This document shows, in pieces, positions 61,379 to 64,000 of a stretch of 64,000 bases of DNA (position 1 is its first letter; each line of letters opens with the position of its first letter). Below the pieces are notes generated by a model. It did no database searches. It saw only the letters and a program-made list of their open reading frames with translations, and was not told where the DNA came from. A program made the position numbers and the translations under genes. The stretch is from contig OZ257156.1 in NCBI GenBank assembly GCA_965279375.1, forward strand, positions 2,624,001 through 2,688,000. Direction: 5' to 3'. This stretch comes from Gemmatimonas sp. Lineage in GTDB: Bacteria; Gemmatimonadota; Gemmatimonadetes; Gemmatimonadales; Gemmatimonadaceae.

Positions 61379-62149
61379 GTGATGTCGCCGGTGCTTGCTC
61401 CAATCATGACCGCGATCGTGAGAGTCTTCACGGTCGCGGTCGTGTTGCTTTGCGCCAATGCCGCGCTCGTCTCAGTGTTGGGCGCGCAGGTCCTTCGAGG
61501 CACGGCGCGCGTACAGGAATCCGGACGTCCGATCGAAGGTGCGCGGGTGATCGCGATGCTGACAGATGGAAAGTCGATCGGCACAGCGACGACGGATGAG
61601 AAGGGACGATTCCTTCTGCGCGTGGAGTCCAAAGGAGCGCCGTTTACTGTCTCGGTCACGCGCATCGGTATGGAGCCTACGACCTCGGATCCGATCGTCT
61701 TGGCGTCGCGCGATACACTCGATGCCGATTTCTCGGTGACAGAGGTTGGTATCCGCACCGACACCATGAAAGTGACGGCGGCACCGTCGCTCAATGACAT
61801 TCGCTTGGCGGAAGCCAAGCGTCGTGGCTGGCGACTCTTCCCGCCGGTGGAGATCGCGCAGCATCGCGAGCGCGCGAATTCGTTCAATGACTTGCTGCGA
61901 TCGCTCGGCTATCCGGGACTGATCATCCCCTCGCGACCGGACGACTGCATTCGCACGACGCGGTACAATCGCTGCCTGATCATCGTGGTGGATGGTGTAC
62001 CGCTGAGTGGTGGCAATCCGCTCGTCAATCCGCGCGACGTCTATTTCATGGCCGTGCTTGGTGCGTCCGATGCAGTGGTGCAGTTCGGCGATCGCGCCGG
62101 TTACGGCGCGCTCGTGGTGTACACGCGCATGAAGGGCGACAAGCCCTAA
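61379..62149 (+). CDS. Exported protein: carboxypeptidase-regulatory-like domain plus a plug-like segment, no barrel
   Basis: GRPIEGARV, TDEKGRF, RIGM; VVDG...GALVVYTR. Confidence 0.65.
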   Translation: MMSPVLAPIMTAIVRVFTVAVVLLCANAALVSVLGAQVLRGTARVQESGRPIEGARVIAMLTDGKSIGTATTDEKGRFLLRVESKGAPFTVSVTRIGMEPTTSDPIVLASRDTLDADFSVTEVGIRTDTMKVTAAPSLNDIRLAEAKRRGWRLFPPVEIAQHRERANSFNDLLRSLGYPGLIIPSRPDDCIRTTRYNRCLIIVVDGVPLSGGNPLVNPRDVYFMAVLGASDAVVQFGDRAGYGALVVYTRMKGDKP

Positions 62150-62177
62150 CGCAAGAACGTTCGGGCCGGCTCTGAGG

Positions 62178-63503
62178 TCAGCGCAGTGCGTGCACCAGCG
62201 CTTCAACGAGCGCGACGCTGCGATCAGTAGCACCGAGTTCCTGCTGGACGACGGCGCGCGCTCGTTCACCTTCGCGTTGACGTTTCTTGGCATCGCCGAG
62301 CCATTGCGACAGCACTTCGGTCAGCGCGCGTGCCGACGTGACGCTCGCGCCGCCGCCCGCAGCCAGGAGCAGCCCGGCCTCGCGGCTCATGTCGTGGCGC
62401 GGGCCGAACGCGACCGGAATACCGAACGCGGCAGGCTCGATCACCGAGTGCAGGCCGGCGGCGTGGAATCCACCGCCGACGAATGCAGCATCGCCCAATG
62501 CGTACAGGTCGCCGAGCACACCGACGCGGTCCACGATGACGACATCGGCGTCTCCGCTGTCCGACTCTCGCTCGGAGGTCGCGGGGGGTTGCGACAGACG
62601 CGAGAGACGCGCGACGCGCAGGCGCTGCCCGCGCGCCCATGATTCGATGGGCGCGACGTGATCTTCGTTGGGCTCGTGCGGCGCGATGATGAGCCGCGCG
62701 GTGGGGACGGCACGTCGCACCGCCGTCCAGGATTCGCAGAGCACCGACTCGTCGGCCGGCCAGCTGCTGCCTGCGATGAGCGTAGGACGCGCACTCGAAA
62801 GAGACGTGAGCAACGGCGAGCTGCGATCGACATGCTCGGCGCGCGCCCAGACCTGATCGAATCGCGTATCGCCCGTTACGCGAATGACGCTGGCTGGGAC
62901 GCCGAGTGACTGCAGGCGCGTGCCGTTGACCGCGTCGATGGCGCCCACCGATTGCAGCGAGGCGTAGGCATCATGCAGCAGCATGCGTGAGAACATGCCG
63001 AGTCGGCCCGAGCCCGGCGCCAGCGTGGCGCTGAGCAGTGCGACGGGGATTCCGCGAGCCGATGCGCGCGCGACGAGCGTAGGCCACACGTCGAGCTTGA
63101 CGAAGACGAGCGCCGACGGCTTGAGCGCATCGAGCATCGCGTCACACTCGGCGGCCCCGTCGAAGGGGAGATAGTCGGTGATGTCCGCGCCGATACTCTG
63201 CGCGAAGCGCTCGGCGCTTGGAGAGTAGAAGGTGTAGGCGAGTTGCAGCTCCGGATGCCGCTCACGAAGCGCGTGGGCCACAGGGCGCGCCTGCAGGCCT
63301 TCGCCGACGGACGGCGCGTGCAGCCAGACCAGGGGCCGCGACGGATCGCGCACGGCGGTGGCGCGCTGCCTGATACGATCGAGCAGGCCGCGTCGCGCCG
63401 CGAGAGACCGTGCAACTTTTCCGTCGCCCGAGGATGCGAAGCGCGTGGCGGTGCGGGCGGCGAAGACGCCGAGTGAGTACAGTGTGGCGACCGCTCCGTT
63501 CAG
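62178..63503 (-). CDS. waaA: 3-deoxy-D-manno-octulosonic acid (Kdo) transferase
   Basis: WLHAPSVGE, YLPFD, GDTRFD, AGSSW, FVGG, HSVIEPA; probable CTG start at 63503 (the ORF track starts at GTG 63353). Confidence 0.88.
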   Translation of the reverse strand: MNGAVATLYSLGVFAARTATRFASSGDGKVARSLAARRGLLDRIRQRATAVRDPSRPLVWLHAPSVGEGLQARPVAHALRERHPELQLAYTFYSPSAERFAQSIGADITDYLPFDGAAECDAMLDALKPSALVFVKLDVWPTLVARASARGIPVALLSATLAPGSGRLGMFSRMLLHDAYASLQSVGAIDAVNGTRLQSLGVPASVIRVTGDTRFDQVWARAEHVDRSSPLLTSLSSARPTLIAGSSWPADESVLCESWTAVRRAVPTARLIIAPHEPNEDHVAPIESWARGQRLRVARLSRLSQPPATSERESDSGDADVVIVDRVGVLGDLYALGDAAFVGGGFHAAGLHSVIEPAAFGIPVAFGPRHDMSREAGLLLAAGGGASVTSARALTEVLSQWLGDAKKRQREGERARAVVQQELGATDRSVALVEALVHALR

Positions 63504-64000
63504 CGCGACCTCTTGGTGCGAGCAGTGACGATCGCCGTGTCGATGGCCCGACGGAAGTCGGAGTACGGTGAGGCGCCTTCGACGATGAATTGGCCGACGA
63601 GGAACGATGGCGTCGAGCGAATGCCGGCGCGGTTGGCCTGTTGGATATCGGACTCGATGAGCGAGCCGATCGCCTTGGACTTTCGGCAGCGCGCGAACTC
63701 GGTCATGTCGAGAGAGTTCGCGCGCCCCAAGCTGTCGAGATAGGGAAGCACGTCGGGGCGCCGGCTGAGGGCGTTCTGATCACGGAAGAGCGCTTCGGAG
63801 TATTCCCAAAACTTTTGCTGCGCGCCGGCACAGAGCGAGGCTTCCGCTTCGGCGCGCGCGTGCGGGTGTTGCGGCAGCGGCAGGTTGAGGTAGGCGAAGC
63901 GTACCTTGCCCGTCTGGACGTAGTCACGCTTGACGCCGGCCATCGATGAGTCGTGCCATTGCTTGCAGTACGGGCACTGGAAATCGGAGATCATGACCAC
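63500..64000 (-). CDS. DsbA-family thioredoxin-fold protein (5' truncated by window edge)
   Basis: SDFQCPYC active site and GIRSTPSF cis-Pro loop. Confidence 0.9.
   Translation of the reverse strand: MVMISDFQCPYCKQWHDSSMAGVKRDYVQTGKVRFAYLNLPLPQHPHARAEAEASLCAGAQQKFWEYSEALFRDQNALSRRPDVLPYLDSLGRANSLDMTEFARCRKSKAIGSLIESDIQQANRAGIRSTPSFLVGQFIVEGASPYSDFRRAIDTAIVTARTKRSR

Overview
GC-rich bacterial chromosome segment. The gene content and protein style suggest Gemmatimonadota (inference, not a database result). It is mostly housekeeping: MsbA-like ABC exporter, tyrS, PBP1A, ilvE, tdh-kbl, mutM, rho-ruvX-mltG-rlmI-like operon, six tRNAs, a short sigma-70, atpAGDC, a SusC/SusD-like cluster and waaA. 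The best candidate for an undescribed system is at 33.1-35.7 kb, beside tRNA-Arg(CCG). It comprises an AraC-type regulator with a non-phosphorylatable receiver-like domain, a 65-aa lipoprotein-signal peptide precursor, and a convergent cytoplasmic TPR-like protein. The peptide and TPR genes share a 38-bp upstream element (29/38 identical, direct repeats at a 20-bp period), an architecture reminiscent of Rap/Phr peptide signalling. Other notable features: three tandem paralogous membrane proteins inserted between an NtrY-like kinase and an NtrX-like regulator; a TonB receptor heading a ynjBCD/ynjF-like operon; an 11-bp-periodic GATC array; a Tdh lacking the structural-zinc cysteines; a 43% lysine histone-like protein; and a probable CTG start for waaA. 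No CRISPR, rRNA, integrase or transposase was seen.
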